DNA from: Welwitschia mirabilis
Lineage: Eukaryota
Direction: 5' to 3'
NCBI GenBank assembly: GCA_051453625.1
Contig: JBOZIK010000001.1
Coordinates: forward strand, 25,087,273-25,146,347
Length of the DNA stretch: 59,075 nucleotides
Under the pieces are notes generated by a model. The model was not told the DNA's origin, ran no database searches, and was given only the letters and a program-made list of their open reading frames with translations. The position numbers and the translations under genes are program-made. Within the stretch, counting starts at the first letter, position 1. Every line of letters begins with the position of its first letter. Positions 39,701 through 53,989 of this stretch are shown one piece after another.

Positions 39701-42300
39701 CTTATGAATGTCGAAATTATTTATGCCATATCTAATAGTGAGTGGATTAGTCCTTTAATAGTAGTTCCAAAGAAGGTGTGAAATGGAGAATATGTATCAA
39801 TTTTAGAAAACTTAATGAGGTTACTAAAAAGGATCATTGTCCTATATTCTTTCTTGATCAAGTTCTTAATAGAATCTATGGTTAATCCTACTATTGTTTC
39901 CTTGATGGGTATAGTGGCTATAGGCAAATCTATATAGTAAGTAAAGACTAAGCTAAAACCACTTTTAACTCATCCTTTGGAAACTTTGATTTTAGAAGAA
40001 TGCCCTTTTGACTTTTCAATGCCCTTAGAACCTTCTAATGAGCCATGATGAGGATCTTTCTGATATGATAGGAGATTCTATTAAAATTTTTATGGACAAC
40101 TTATCCATCTTTAGTGATACCTTTGAACAAACTATAGTGATATTAGAAAAAGTCCTAGACCGATGTATTAATAGTGGCTTATATTTGAGTTGGAAAAAGA
40201 GTTTTTTTCCTTGTCTAATATGGAATTGTTTTAGGTCATCACATTCAAAAGATGGGATTAGGATAAACCCCACAAAAGTTTATATCATTAAAAAACTTAG
40301 CACTATAACTAATGTTAAATAAGTTAGATCTTTCCCTGATAATATTGATTTTTATCAACGATTCATTAATGATTATGCTAAAATTTGTAAACCTCTTCAC
40401 TTATTACTTGAAAAATATGTTAAATTTTATTGGAATAATTCATGCCAACTTATATTTAGAACCCTTAAAGAAAACATTTCTTCTAGACTTATTATCACGG
40501 GTCCTGATAGGAGTAAAGATTTTGAACTTATGTGTGATGTAAGAAACATTGCTGTAGGAGGGATTCTTGGCCAAAAGAATGAAAATGGTTTCAAAGGAAT
40601 ATCTTCTATTAGTAAAACTTTGTCCCAAGCCTAATCCAACTACACTACTATTGAGAAAGAAATGCATGCCATTATCTTTTTCCTAGATCATCTTCGATAT
40701 TATATTATTGGTTTTCACATTAATGTTTACATAGATCATGTAGCCATTCGCTATCTTATGACTCAAAAAGACTTTAGTACCAGACTTATTAGGTGGATCG
40801 TTCTCACATAATAATTTATTCTTACCATTATTGATAAGGCTAGAAAATATCATATTATTGTTGATCATCTATCTTGACTTTCTTGTTCTCATGATGAAGC
40901 TCCCATTAATGACTCTTTTCCTGATGAACAACTCTTTGTAATTAAACAACTTTATGCTATTTTGTCTTTTCGTACTACTCCATTATATGTTGACATCGTG
41001 AACTACCTTATGACCATGAAAAATTCTCAGCATTAGAACCATAAATAGTATAAAACTTTTCTTCATAGAATCAGTGACTATGAGTGGAATGAATTCCATA
41101 ATTATAGACATTGCAAAGATCAAATTATTTGTAAGCGTGTACCTAAGTGGGAAACTTTAGAAATCTGAAAAATTTACCATGGTGGCATATGTGGAGGACA
41201 ATTTAGTGGTTAAAAGACCATCATAAAAATTCTTCACTCTAGTTTTTATTGACCTATTCTTTTCATGGACTCATTTGACTTTTCTCTGAACTATGATACA
41301 TGTTAATGCTATACTAGCTTAACTCATTCTCATGATATTAATCTTTAAATCTATACTTGAATGTAAACCTTTTTATTTTTGGGAAATTAACTTTGTAGGC
41401 CCAATTGCACCACCTTATCATGAGAAAACTTATATTCTTATAGCTTTGGATTATGTTACTAAGTGGGTAAAAGTTATTTTTACTACCAAATATGATGCCT
41501 GAACTGTTTGCAACTTTGTTCAAACTCATATCTTTCAATGTTTTGGTTTTACACAAATTATCATTAGTGATCTAGGAACTCATTTCATTAATTACCTTTT
41601 TCAAAAACCTTCTTTTATCCATTTGTGTTGAACATATAATTTCTTATTCCTATCATCCTCAGACTAATGGATAAGCTGAAAACGCAAATAGATAAATAAA
41701 AAAGATGCTTCAAAAATTAGTCTTTGTCAATAGAAAAAATTGGTCATTTAAAATTAATGATGTTCTTTGGGCTTATTATACTACTTTATGTAATTTCCTA
41801 GGATTCTTACCCTATGAACTCATGTGTGATAAAGTTTGTATGTAATCAGTTGATGTTTACTATAATTCTTATTAATTCACCCATTAACTTAATCTCATAG
41901 AGTTTCATGATAACCTTAAAATTTAATTAGCTCAACTTAACCATTTCGATGAAAAATGTACTCATGCTTTACATCCTCAACTCATTCATAAAACTTAAGC
42001 CAAGTTTAGACATGATAAAAAGATTATTTATAAATAGTTTAAACTTGATTAACTTATCCTTTTGTATAATACCTGAGTACTCCTTTTGCACAACAAGTTA
42101 ACTTCTAAATTGCTTAGAACTTGTCTGATAGAAAAAAGTATATTCAAATGGCTTAGTTGAAATCTCCAATATTAACACTAAAGAAATTCAAAAATTTATT
42201 GGATAAATGTTAAAATCTATGAGTTATCCTTTAATAAAACCTTGAACATGATAGAAGCACTTATTTTGGAAGCTCCTCTTAATGAGGAGGACCTTCTCTT
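36778..42300 (+). pseudogene. Degenerate gag-pol of D (gag, protease, RT, RNase H, integrase)
   Basis: FFGKLEKDPFQHL (gag); ALINIGASINI and PLLLGRAFY (protease); SEWISPLIVVPKK, FLDGYSGYRQI, FMDNLSIF (RT); FELMCDV..AVGGILGQ, DHVAIRYL (RNase H); CGGQFSG, IISDLGTHF, YHPQTNG.AENANR (integrase). Gypsy domain order, no chromodomain. Confidence 0.95.
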
Positions 42301-44363
42301 TATCATTATCTAAATTCCTTCTTACCTAATTCCTTAGCTAAACATCATGATCTCACTTGAATATTTTTAACTTAACATATGTATTTACTTATGAATTTTC
42401 TATGATAAATGATATTTTACTTGGGCATTTTGATGATAAGATTGACTTTATCCAATCTTCAGACATTCTATGTCTATGCAATTCATTTTGAAGGAAGATG
42501 TCTTGATTCTTTTATTCTCTTTCAATGGTGTAAGTAGTTAGTTATTTTTACATGTTCTTTCCTTGTTACTCATCTCATTACTTTGATTTTATCATTACAA
42601 CTACTTGGTCATGTGGAATGTTTCATTTCAAAACGAAAAAAAAGAAAGAAAAGAAAAAAAGAAATAAAAACCATGCTCTTTTAAGTTAGATCTTAAAAAC
42701 ATGATCATCATAATGTCCTACCACAAGTGCACTGAGGTAATATTCTCAAAAGGGGCCTTTGGTAGTAAAATATGGTATCTATGAAAACTCCACTAGGAGG
42801 TTAGTTAGCCACGTTATATAGGTCCTTACTCCTCTAATAGTGGTTGCACTCCCCCCATCATAAAAAAATAAATTACATTTTAAGGCTACAAGATTAGTGA
42901 TATCCCTGTTGTCCTCAAAGGTATTACTTGTTTTTTATACTAATTTTTCTTTATTTATTTTTAGTACTTTTACATGATCACTCTACTTTTTGAATTCTAG
43001 TATTGTTTTGAGATGATAGCTTATAAGTTCCTATTTTAAAAATCTTTTTATCTTATCATTTATTATTTGATAACATTAGTATACTTGACATCGTTATAAT
43101 CATTGTTTATTCGAGTGGAACTTTATGAATTTTTACATTATGTCATGCATCATTATTAAGTAATTTTATGATTATTTTCAAATGCATTTTTTAGTTTAGC
43201 ATTTAGGGTAAGAAAGCAATCTTTTTAATGTTCCTAATTGTCCATGTTCATTTTTGTTTTTGATAGTTATTTTGTTGGATTTTTCAAAGTCATTTTCCAT
43301 ACTTTTTCAACATAAAATTATGGATCCTATCATTTTATAGTTCCTTATTGCTATTTATTCATAATTTTTCTAGAGTATTATTATTTTGTTTCTGATAGGT
43401 TCCCATAATTTGATGAGTTTCAGTTCTTCTTTTCCATGTGTTCGGGCACATTTGAGGAATCTTTAAGCATTGTTCTTTTTACTTAATGCATTTCCTTCTA
43501 CTATCACCTTTCCCTTCTTCACCATGAGGATGTTATTTAGATTATTTTTTACTTTTCCCCTTTCTTATATTTTCTTTCTATGTTTTTTGTGTTTATTTTT
43601 TTTTTTTTTGGGATTTTTCTAGTTTCACCTTTTTCTTCAAATAGCTTATTTGGTAACTATCGTCCCATACCTGTCATCCCAATAATAGAGTGGATGACAG
43701 TCATGCTTTATTTTTTGTGCAATTTGGGACATCTTGCTTCTCCTTTAGGGAGGGTAAAACACCTTTTTGAGCATTATTCTATAATTTTCATCATAAATAT
43801 TTCATATTTTGAGGTTTCATGATCTAAACTTATGATGGTGTTTTTGGATTAGTTCTTCATATTATTTGAATCAATTTATGAAGAATTCATGAATTTTTTC
43901 TTGCAAACTCCAACAGCACACTCATAAGTTTTTTCATAACCATGTTTCAAATCATCTATCAAATGCTATATCCACTCTTGTTCTTTGCTTTTATGATGAC
44001 ACTAATGAACTTAAATAGATTAATTTTGATAAGATAGCAATACTTAAGCCTATTACATTAGTCCATTATCATTATTTCTGTAATATCCATATATATTTCC
44101 ATTCCATGAGCCATCAAAGTTACATTTCTATGATTTCTGTATATGTATAGCATTCATTTATTCTATAGTAAAATGCTTAACTAGGAGGCTTAGAAACATT
44201 TATCAACATTTGTATCAGTTACCTATACTAATATCATTTTCTTACATGATTTAATGAAACTCAATTTACATCTTTTTAGCACTATTTTATCTTAGTTAAA
44301 TTGGCTTATAATTTACTTAATTACTTGCTTTATTAAGAAATGATAAGGCTAAGTAGAAAGCTA

Positions 44364-45621
44364 TGTTGTGATGTCAATTTGTAGGAATTTGATGATGTAT
44401 TTTGAGTGCTTTTGTAGGATNNNNNNNNNNNNNNNNNNNNNNNNNNNNNNNNNNNNNNNNNNNNNNNNNNNNNNNNNNNNNNNNNNNNNNNNNNNNNNNN
44501 NNNNNNNNNNNNNNNNNNNNNNNNNNNNNNNNNNNNNNNNNNNNNNNNNNNNNNNNNNNNNNNNNNNNNNNNNNNNNNNNNNNNNNNNNNNNNNNNNNNN
44601 NNNNNNNNNNNNNNNNNNNNNNNNNNNNNNNNNNNNNNNNNNNNNNNNNNNNNNNNNNNNNNNNNNNNNNNNNNNNNNNNNNNNNNNNNNNNNNNNNNNN
44701 NNNNNNNNNNNNNNNNNNNNNNNNNNNNNNNNNNNNNNNNNNNNNNNNNNNNNNNNNNNNNNNNNNNNNNNNNNNNNNNNNNNNNNNNNNNNNNNNNNNN
44801 NNNNNNNNNNNNNNNNNNNNNNNNNNNNNNNNNNNNNNNNNNNNNNNNNNNNNNNNNNNNNNNNNNNNNNNNNNNNNNNNNNNNNNNNNNNNNNNNNNNN
44901 NNNNNNNNNNNNNNNNNNNNNNNNNNNNNNNNNNNNNNNNNNNNNNNNNNNNNNNNNNNNNNNNNNNNNNNNNNNNNNNNNNNNNNNNNNNNNNNNNNNN
45001 NNNNNNNNNNNNNNNNNNNNNNNNNNNNAAGTGGATGTAAAGTTTTTGAATTAATCCAATTACTCTTTTAATCAATACAATTGCTATTTTCATTTCAATT
45101 CTGTGATGTTCTTATGATTTACATTGATCATAGTTTAGAGTGACGATTCTATAATTTATCTAGATCATAAGGTCAACCTTTGTTAAGGTTGATGTTGATT
45201 AGTATTAGATTTACAATGCTATTCCATTCTATTTTATATTACATTTTATATTCTATTTGATAGATCTCATAGTTTATGTTAGTTGAGAACTAGTTGAATA
45301 CTCTTCTTAATTAATCTAAATTATAGAGAAGCTAGTCCTTGTGACAAAAGGATTAGGAACCGATAGTGTTCATTCTATTTTCACTTGCATTTCATTTCCT
45401 TTCACTTGTATTGCATTTACTTATTTAATTACATTCAGTTTTTATAAGATAAAAGACAAAAAAATATTAAAAATCAAGTCTCTAACTCTTAGCCTAGTGC
45501 CTTCATTGAGCTTACGACATTCAGGTAAACTCTCATCTATACTAATGTGTATTTTTTGCAAGTTATTTGATTTGCAGGTTTACCTAAGAACTTCAAGATT
45601 GCATAAATTCACACTGCAACA
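44364..45621 (+). repeat. 3' LTR of D (contains a gap)
   Basis: TGTTG...CAACA, homologous to 34961-36215. Confidence 0.88.
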
Positions 45622-47093
45622 ATTGGATTCATTCAATCTTAAGAAATTCAAATGTATATAAATTTCAATTCAAAGGAAGATGCTTTATCTTTTGACGTTT
45701 TTCTCAATGGTGAAAAGGTCTTATATTTTTTAAGAGGGTTCTTTTTCTATCTTCATCTTGCAACTTCACATTTGTTTTTTTGAGTAATTAGTCATGTAGA
45801 ATGTAGTTTTGTTTTTAAATTTGAAAAAAAAAAGGAAAAAGAAAAAGAGTGAAATAAGACCATGATGTTTTATCTTTATGCTATTTTAAAAACATGATCA
45901 CCATGATGTCCTACCATAAGTATAACGAGGTAAATATTTCCAAGAGGAACCTTTGGCATTGTAATATGGTAGCTATGGGAATTCCACTGGGAGGTCAGTT
46001 GGCCATGCTTTGTGGGTTCTTACTTCTCTAATGGTGGTTGCACTCCCCTCATCATGGATAATAAAGTTGTAATAAACTTTAAGGCTATAGCATTAGTGGT
46101 GTTCTTAGTGTCATCAGAAGCATTACTTGTTTTCTAGACTCTTAGTCTTTCCACATGATTATTTTATTTCTTGAGATTTGGGTGTTTATTTTGAAATGAT
46201 AGTAGGTGAGTTTATTTTTGATCAATTTTTTAGTCTAATCATTATTGTTTAAAGCATTTTATTTTTATCTTTGGCATAACTACTGCCTTATCGCATGAAA
46301 TTTTTTTTATACATCAAGTCATGCATTTTAAAATCAAGTGATGTTATGATTTCTTTCATAAAAGTCTACTAGGTTAAAATGTCAGATAGGTGGACTATCT
46401 TTTGTTTGCGTTGTCTTATGTCCTTTTTTTTTGTTTTCTTTTGTGGTTTAATTAGTTATTTCAAAGTCATTACTATATTTTCTTACCATGTTAGAACTTT
46501 AACATTTTAATGCTTTTCTTGTTTATTTTTTAATAAATATTGATTTTTTACCTAGTTGAGTTTTCTTAATAAATTTTATGATGTTTATTTCAAATTTTTG
46601 ATGTTGTAAGTTCTTCTCTTAATCATTTATATGAAGAAACATTTCATTGTCCAATTTTTTTCTTTACTTATCAGAATNNNNNNNNNNNNNNNNNNNNNNN
46701 NNNNNNNNNNNNNNNNNNNNNNNNNNNNNNNNNNNNNNNNNNNNNNNNNNNNNNNNNNNNNNNNNNNNNNNNNNNNNNNNNNNNNNNNNNNNNNNNNNNN
46801 NNNNNNNNNNNNNNNNNNNNNNNNNNNNNNNNNNNNNNNNNNNNGGGAGAGGAAAGGAAGACAACCCATTTTCATGTCCCATTTTTAAAGATTTTTAAGT
46901 TATTTCAGATCTTTTATGATAAAAAATTTTTAAATTTTTATTCACATTATGCATTACATGTTATTTATTTATGGGATGTTTTTATAAGCCTGTTTTATAC
47001 TTTCTATATTTATCTTTAAAAAAAATTTGCCTCATGATTGTGATTTTTTGCTTAGTTTTTGTCAGGGATTGACAAAGGGTAAGTGGAGGGTTG

Positions 47094-48179
47094 TATTGCA
47101 CTACCAATTTGTGGTTATTTGATGGGGTTTTATGAGCTGTTTTGCAAGACATTTATATAGGTTTAGGTGAAATTCTAAGGATTTTGGATATTCAATAGAA
47201 GATCTCAAAAATATGCAAATATTACCTAGATTGGATGAATTTAAGGCATATTCTGATGCATAGAGATTTGAAGGAGGATTATTAATAGAAATGCTAAGTT
47301 TCTCCTTAATAAAGGGATTAAAGAAGACCATCATCCCCTCTGTCATCTAGAGGACATGTAAGACGATGACACCATTAGATGTTGAGGTGGACTGCTAAAT
47401 TATCTGCTAAGTCATATGCTAAATCATCTTTTATAATGATCTATCATCCCCATAATCATATGGATGATCATCAGGATAACACTGATATGTAACCAACTCT
47501 GATAGCCAAACCTTGATTGTTTCGTTCATTCCTTATTTGTAAATGAAAACATCTTGTTGCACTTTCTATTTGTCATTTTTAGCTATATTTTTCTATAAAT
47601 AAATTCTCGTTCAATTCTCCTCCTTATCTTTATTATACTAAAAATTCTTATGACAGGAGATCGAAGGGCAAGAAATCCATCTTGAGTTTTGTAGAAAGAC
47701 ATTCCCTTAGTAGAGGCTATGCATCCTTCATTAAGGCCTAACTATTTTGTAACCCAGATGTTTGGTTTTTATTTAATATAAACTCTATTTTCATTTGTGC
47801 ATTTAGATTTGTTATATGTTCCTTATGGTTTATGTTATCCTTGATCTAGTGACAATGTCTTGGGTAATATAGATCATCAAGAACAACCTTTGTTAAGACT
47901 GAAAGAAAGTAGTTTAGTTTCATTTCATCTTACATGTAGATTAGTTGCAGTTTACATTTTCATTACATCTTTTATTTTTTGCATTATTCTTTAGTTTTAG
48001 TTACTTTATTTATTTGTGAAAAGTAGTTCAAGTCTCATCTCATAGTCTTTAACAAGATATGACATTCGCGTTAACTCCTACTTATACTAGTGTATTATAT
48101 TGTGTGAGAAATCTATTTTATTTTATGAATGATAGAATCCTTTTAAATATAAACACTTGCACAAATGCACACTACAACA
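47094..48179 (+). repeat. 3' LTR of C
   Basis: Follows the PPT, ends ctacaACA, homologous to 30633-31702. Confidence 0.9.
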
Positions 48180-51100
48180 AAAAGATTATAAGGTTATGAA
48201 AAGAACTGAAAATGAAACACCACCTTTTACCCATGAGGCTTCAACTTTTTAGAATAATATAAATGATAAAGAAGAGAAGGATATTGAAATCTTAGAAAAT
48301 AATACTTTTTCTTTTCCTTTAAGTAATAAGTGTAGTAAGAAAAATTCTTTTCAAGATAAAGGTAAGAAACCTAGTAACCCTTACCTTAATAGTTAGATAC
48401 CAATTCCATATTTAATGATTATATTAAAGCCTTAATACAAAATTTAATCATGAGTTTACCATCTTGGAAACCCTTGTAAGAAATTCCTAAATATTTTAAG
48501 TTGTGAAAATATTTAATTAGGAAGAAATAAAAATCAGCCATCCTTAGTAAAGTCTTTCTAGCCCAATCTAGAACCAATCTAGTTTCGTAAAAATGTCCAA
48601 AATTTAAGGATATAGGGGTAGCAATAGATAGTATAACATTAGAAGGAAATAAAAGAGAAAAGAAATCCTTATTTAATATAGGAGTAAGTGTCAAAACATT
48701 ATGCCTTTACATATTTTTCAATGAATTAGTTTGAAAAGTAGAATTTAGCCTACACGTCTTATCTTAGAATTTCTAGATACATCAGTGAAAAAACCTTTAA
48801 AAGTAATAAAAGATTTGATGATTTAAATTGAGAAAGCATTCTAACCAATAGGCATGATTATGATTGAAGTTGAGCATAATGGAGGTTGTCAACTACTTAT
48901 AGGTAGAGCATTTTATGCAATAGCCCATTTTATTATTAATGTAAGAACTAAAATCATGGAGTGCCACTTAGGGAGTAAAATGTTTAGCATTAAAGTTTTT
49001 GATGTCGCTAAAAGGACTTAGGTAATGAGTGTAATGTTGAATAAGAAATTAAGCCAACATTATTTTTATAGCATCATCCACTTGAAAAAATATAGGCATT
49101 GTTTTATTAACCTATTTTTTATGATGATCCACTTGAATTAAAAAACTTCAAAGCTTTCAATGATAATAAAATCAATGATGAGCATATGAGAACTGACTGT
49201 TTTAATTAGGAGAGTGAAGAAATTGAAACTGCAATCTATAAAAAAGTCCAACATCTAAAAACAACTAAGCTTTTATATTTTAAAGGAGGTTGCACACCCC
49301 AGTTGTCTGGACGATAGTCTAATATGACAGTCAACTCTAATAAGAAAATAATAAAAATTAAAAATCTGAATTTAAATATAAAACCTTTACCTAGTAAACT
49401 GAAATATATCTTTCTATGTAATGATCAAAATAAACCATTGATAATACATGAGAATACATTCCCTCAATAAGAATCAATTTTAATCTCACTTTTGAATTCT
49501 AAGGTTAATGAATTTACTTAGACCCATAAAGATTTAACAGTTATTTCTATTTCCATTTTTAACATAAAATATACTTTGAGGATAATGGAAAACCTATTAG
49601 GTAACCCCAACGTAGACTACATCTAGTCCTTAAACAAGTCATAAGAGATGAAATCATTGTATTATGGAATTATTTATGCCATATCTAATAGTAAGTGAAT
49701 TAGCCCTTTGATAATAGTACCTAAGAAAGATGGGAAGTGGAAAATGTGTATTGATTTAAGAAAGATAAATGAAATACCAAAGAAAGACCATTTCCCTTTA
49801 TCTTTTCTTGACCAAACACTTGATAGAATCTAAGGACATGTTTTTTATTGCTTTTTTAATGGATATAATGATTACAATTAGGTTTGTATAGCTAATGAGG
49901 ATCAAGATAAAATAATTTTTACTTTACCTTTTAGAACATTTAACTTTAAATACATGCCTTTTGGACTTTGTAATGCCCCTAATACATTTCAACATGTAAT
50001 GATGGATATTTTTCTAATATATTAGAATATTCAATTGAAAAACTTTTTATGGATGACTTATCAATATATGATAAAAAATTTAAAAAATATTAAAAAGGTC
50101 AAAGAAAGTCCTTGATAGATGCATTAAGAGTGGCTTACATTTGACTTGGAAAAGGAGTTACATTTTAGTTGATAAGACAATTCTCTTAGATCACCACATT
50201 TCTAGTAAAGGGATTAGGATGGACCCTAAAAAAGTAACTATCATTAAAATCCTAACTCCTCCAACACGTGTAAAACAAGTTCAATCTTTTTTTACTCATT
50301 ATAGTTCTTATTATAGTCTTATTTAAGATTATGCTAAAATTTATAAACCCCTTTACTCATTACTTGAAGAAGATGCTAAATTTAAATTAAATAAATAGTT
50401 TCAACTTGTTTTTAAAATACTTAAAGATAAAATCTATTCTACACCTATTGTAATGGGAGCCAATTGGAATAAAGATTTTGAGTTAATGTGTGGTTCTAGT
50501 AATATTATCTTGGGTTAGATTCTTGAATAAAAGTATGAAAATAACTTTAATATTATATCTTATTATAGTAAAACTTTATCTAAAACTTAAATGAATTATA
50601 GTACTACCAAGAAAGAAATGTTAGCCATAATATTTTACCTTGATACTCGTAGATACTATTTTTTAGACTTTCATGTAAATGTTTATACTAATCATGCAGC
50701 TATTAGATACCTTATGACTAAGAAAGATTATAATGCTATATTTATTAGATATATCCTCCTCATGTAAGAATTTAATCTAACCATTATTGATAAAGCAATA
50801 AAATATAATAGTATAGAAGATCATTTGTTATATCTTTCTTCTTCTCTTGATGGTCTTATCATTGATGGTTTTCTTACAAATGAACAACTTTTTATCATAT
50901 CTTCTACTTATCATCCTCTTTAGTATGCTGACATAATTAATTATCTTATTATCATGAAAACACTAAAACATTAAAGTCATAGTTAAAGAAAATATTTTCT
51001 CTATAGAATAAGTGATTATGAACAAATAGAGTCACATCTTTACCACAGTTACAAAGAAAAAATCACAAGAAAATATATTCTTGAATTGGAAAAATTAGAC

Positions 51101-51980
51101 ATTTTTCATTTTTTCCCTAGTAGTATTTGTGGAGGTCCTTTTACTAAAAAATTCTTCACCCTGGTTTTTATTTACCTAGTCCTTTTTAGGACTCTTTTAA
51201 TTTTTCTAGAATATGTGATCCTTATCAACATTATGGTAGTCTTATTTGTTTTCATGATATCCTCCTTAAATCTATTCTTAAATGTAAACCTTTTGATTGT
51301 TGGAAAATTAATTTATAGTCCCTATTAAACAATCTTCTAATGATAAGAACTACATTTTAGTGATTGTTCATTATGTTACTAAATGGGTTAATGCTATTCC
51401 TACTTTTATGAATGACGCATGAACTGTTTGTACTTTTTTTAAAACTCATATGTTCTTTAGGATTATTGTGCTACTTGGGTAATTCTCTTAGTTTTTCACT
51501 TTATGAACTTGTGTGTGACAAAGTTTATATTTTCTCAGTTGATGCGTGTTATAACTCTTATCGTTCTTCCCATCAACTTAACCTTGTAAACCTTCATGGA
51601 AATTTTAAAAATAGATTAGCCCAACTTAATTACTTAGATAAAAAACATACACATTCTATACATTATCAACTCATTCACAAAACCTAATCTAAGTTCAAAC
51701 ATAATAAAAAGTTACTTCATAAAAAATTTGAACCTAGTCAACTTGTTCTTTTTATAACACTAGAGTGCATGTTTTACATAATAAGTTGACCCCTAAATGG
51801 TTAGATCTGTATCTTATAGAAAAAGTATACTCTAATGGCTTTGTTGAGATTTATAACTTAGATAATAGGAGATTAAAAAAGTTAATGAATAAAGGTTGAA
51901 AATATATGAAAAACCTTTCAATGCAATCTTGAACATGATAGAAGCAATTCTTTTGGAGGTTTTCCTTAATGGGGAGGACT
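48180..51980 (+). pseudogene. Continuation of B gag-pol: protease, RT, RNase H, integrase with core deletion
   Basis: LFNIGVSV, LLIGRAFY, ISPLIIVPKKDGKWKMCID, MPFGLCNAPNTFQ, FMDDLSIY (~50046), YTNHAAIRYL; colinear with D pol. Confidence 0.93.
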
Positions 51981-53989
51981 TCCTTCCTATCATTATTTGA
52001 ATTCTCTCTTAGCTTATTCCTTTAGTGGATGTTATGATATTACTTGGTCATCATTAATTTAATTTATGTATTTACTTTATAAAATTTTTATGACTAGTGT
52101 TTGTACTTGGACATCTTTATAGTGATAAGATTGGATTCACCCAATTTTAAGACATTGACATGTATATAAACTTTACTTTTAAGGAAGATATCTTGGTTCT
52201 TGTACTTTATTTTTAATGATGTGAGGTCTTTAATTATTTAGGTGTATTTTTTTCTTCTTCACCTTCATATTTTTTAGTGTGTGATTATGTGGAAATTATT
52301 TATGTGGAAAAAAAGGAGAATAAAGAATAATGACTATGATATACTGTTTCTATGCTAAAATACATGGTCACCATGATATCCTACCATCCTGGAGTAAATT
52401 TTTCTGAAAAAACCTTTGGCAGTGTTCGTAGCTATGAGAACTCCATTGGGGGGTCAGTTGGCTATGCTTTGTGGGTCTTACTTCTCTGACTATGATTATA
52501 CTCCTCTTATCATAAAAATTAGTAATAAAAATTTAATGATATGGGATCAGTGATGTTTCTAGTGTCATAAAGGACATTGCTTATTTCCTAGACTTTTAGT
52601 ATTCCCATATGATCATTTCACTTTTGAGGATTTAAGTGTGTTTTGGGATGTGAACAGGTGAGTTCATTTTTGAGTAGCTTTTGATCTTATCATTTATTAT
52701 TTTGAGTACTTAATCTTTGACCTTATCATAATTATTGCCTTTTCAAGTGAAACTTTATAGAGTCGATATGTTTTATCATGCCCTTTTATTAAGGTGGTTT
52801 TATAATATCTTCTGAGGGGGTTTGCCAAGTTAGAATTTAGGATAAGTAAGCTATCTTCTTCATGGTTCTTATGTTCATTTTAATTTCATCTTTCTTTGGT
52901 TCTTTAGTTTGTTATTTCAAAGTTATTTCCATATTATTTTATCATTATTTAGGATCTTATTATTTAATAATTCTCTTATTGTTATTTTCATTTTCAATTG
53001 TGTTATTTTATTAATAAAAAGTTTACTTTATTTTAGCTATTTACTTAGATGATCTTCTTTTATTATTAGATGAATTCTTCATGATTATATGAGAGTTATT
53101 TGATACTTTTAAAGTTTTACATATTTTCATGATTATTTTTTAGTTTGGACACACTTATTTAGTTTTTTTTAATCAGGCTTTATCCTACTTAATACATTTT
53201 CATTGCCCTATCTTTTGATTCCATTGAGTCTTTCTCCTTATCCTCATTTACAATGATTTTTCATCATTCTCTATTTTTTAATTTTTTTGGATAAAATTTG
53301 ATACCTTCACACTGATATCTGAGACTAATTTGTTTGGTTAGCATTTTCATTTATTTTTAGCTTTTTTCAAGTACTATCACAAATTAGATTCTTCTAACAA
53401 TCATCCTAGGGCTGTCGTCCAAATGAAGCTACTAAATGATAGTGTAATAAAACCATGATCATGTTTTTTCCTCTCATTTTTCTTCATTTCTCTATAGTTT
53501 TCCTCTATTCGTTTAAGAGATAATAGTCACTTTGGTGATTACCAATATTTTGGAACTTTTTCTCGTCAGATTAATGCTCTAGATTGTGAAGTTTAAACGA
53601 ATTTTTTAAAGAGGTATGTTTTCTCTCTTTCATTATTTTCAATTTTTTTTCCATTTTTGAGCCTTTTACCACATAGTTTTTGCATATATTATTCAGTTTT
53701 TTATGCTCTTTGATTTGTTACTTACAGATCTGATTTTCACTATGTATTCTACAAGATATCTTAAATTGTGCATTTTATGAGATAGAATTAGGTTTTTAAT
53801 TTTAGACCTCATTTTCTCAAAAACAGTGAATTAAAATGTATTAATCCTTTAGGGTAAATTGATTACTATGATGATCTCTATGATTTTACTAGATTAGATT
53901 TTTGATTTAAGTACTTTCATTTTTGACCTTATGTAGGACCCATCAGTTTTACACATTTTGACCTTTTCTTGCATTTAGTATTTTTTTCA

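Larger units (their letters stand above)
34961..45621 (+). mobile_element. Athila-like element D, full gag-pol (degenerate), nested in C
   Basis: LTRs 34961-36215 and 44364-45621 (TG...CA), PBS remnant tggtgctaatgtcggaaa at 36219, PPT at 44351-44360, TSD attga/attgg. Confidence 0.92.
30633..48179 (+). mobile_element. Non-autonomous Athila-like element C (no pol), nested in B2 gag
   Basis: LTRs 30633-31702 and 47094-48179; PBS TGGCGCCATTGCTAGGGA (tRNA-Asp type) at 31706-31723; PPT aagtggaggg at 47081-47090; TSD aaaat/aaaag. Confidence 0.88.

Noticed and set aside
45893-46060. Conserved block as a hammerhead, HDV-like ribozyme or group II intron domain V
   Set aside because: No CUGAUGA/GAAA core, no HDV-sized P3/L3, no domain V pattern seen; kept only as an unclassified structure.
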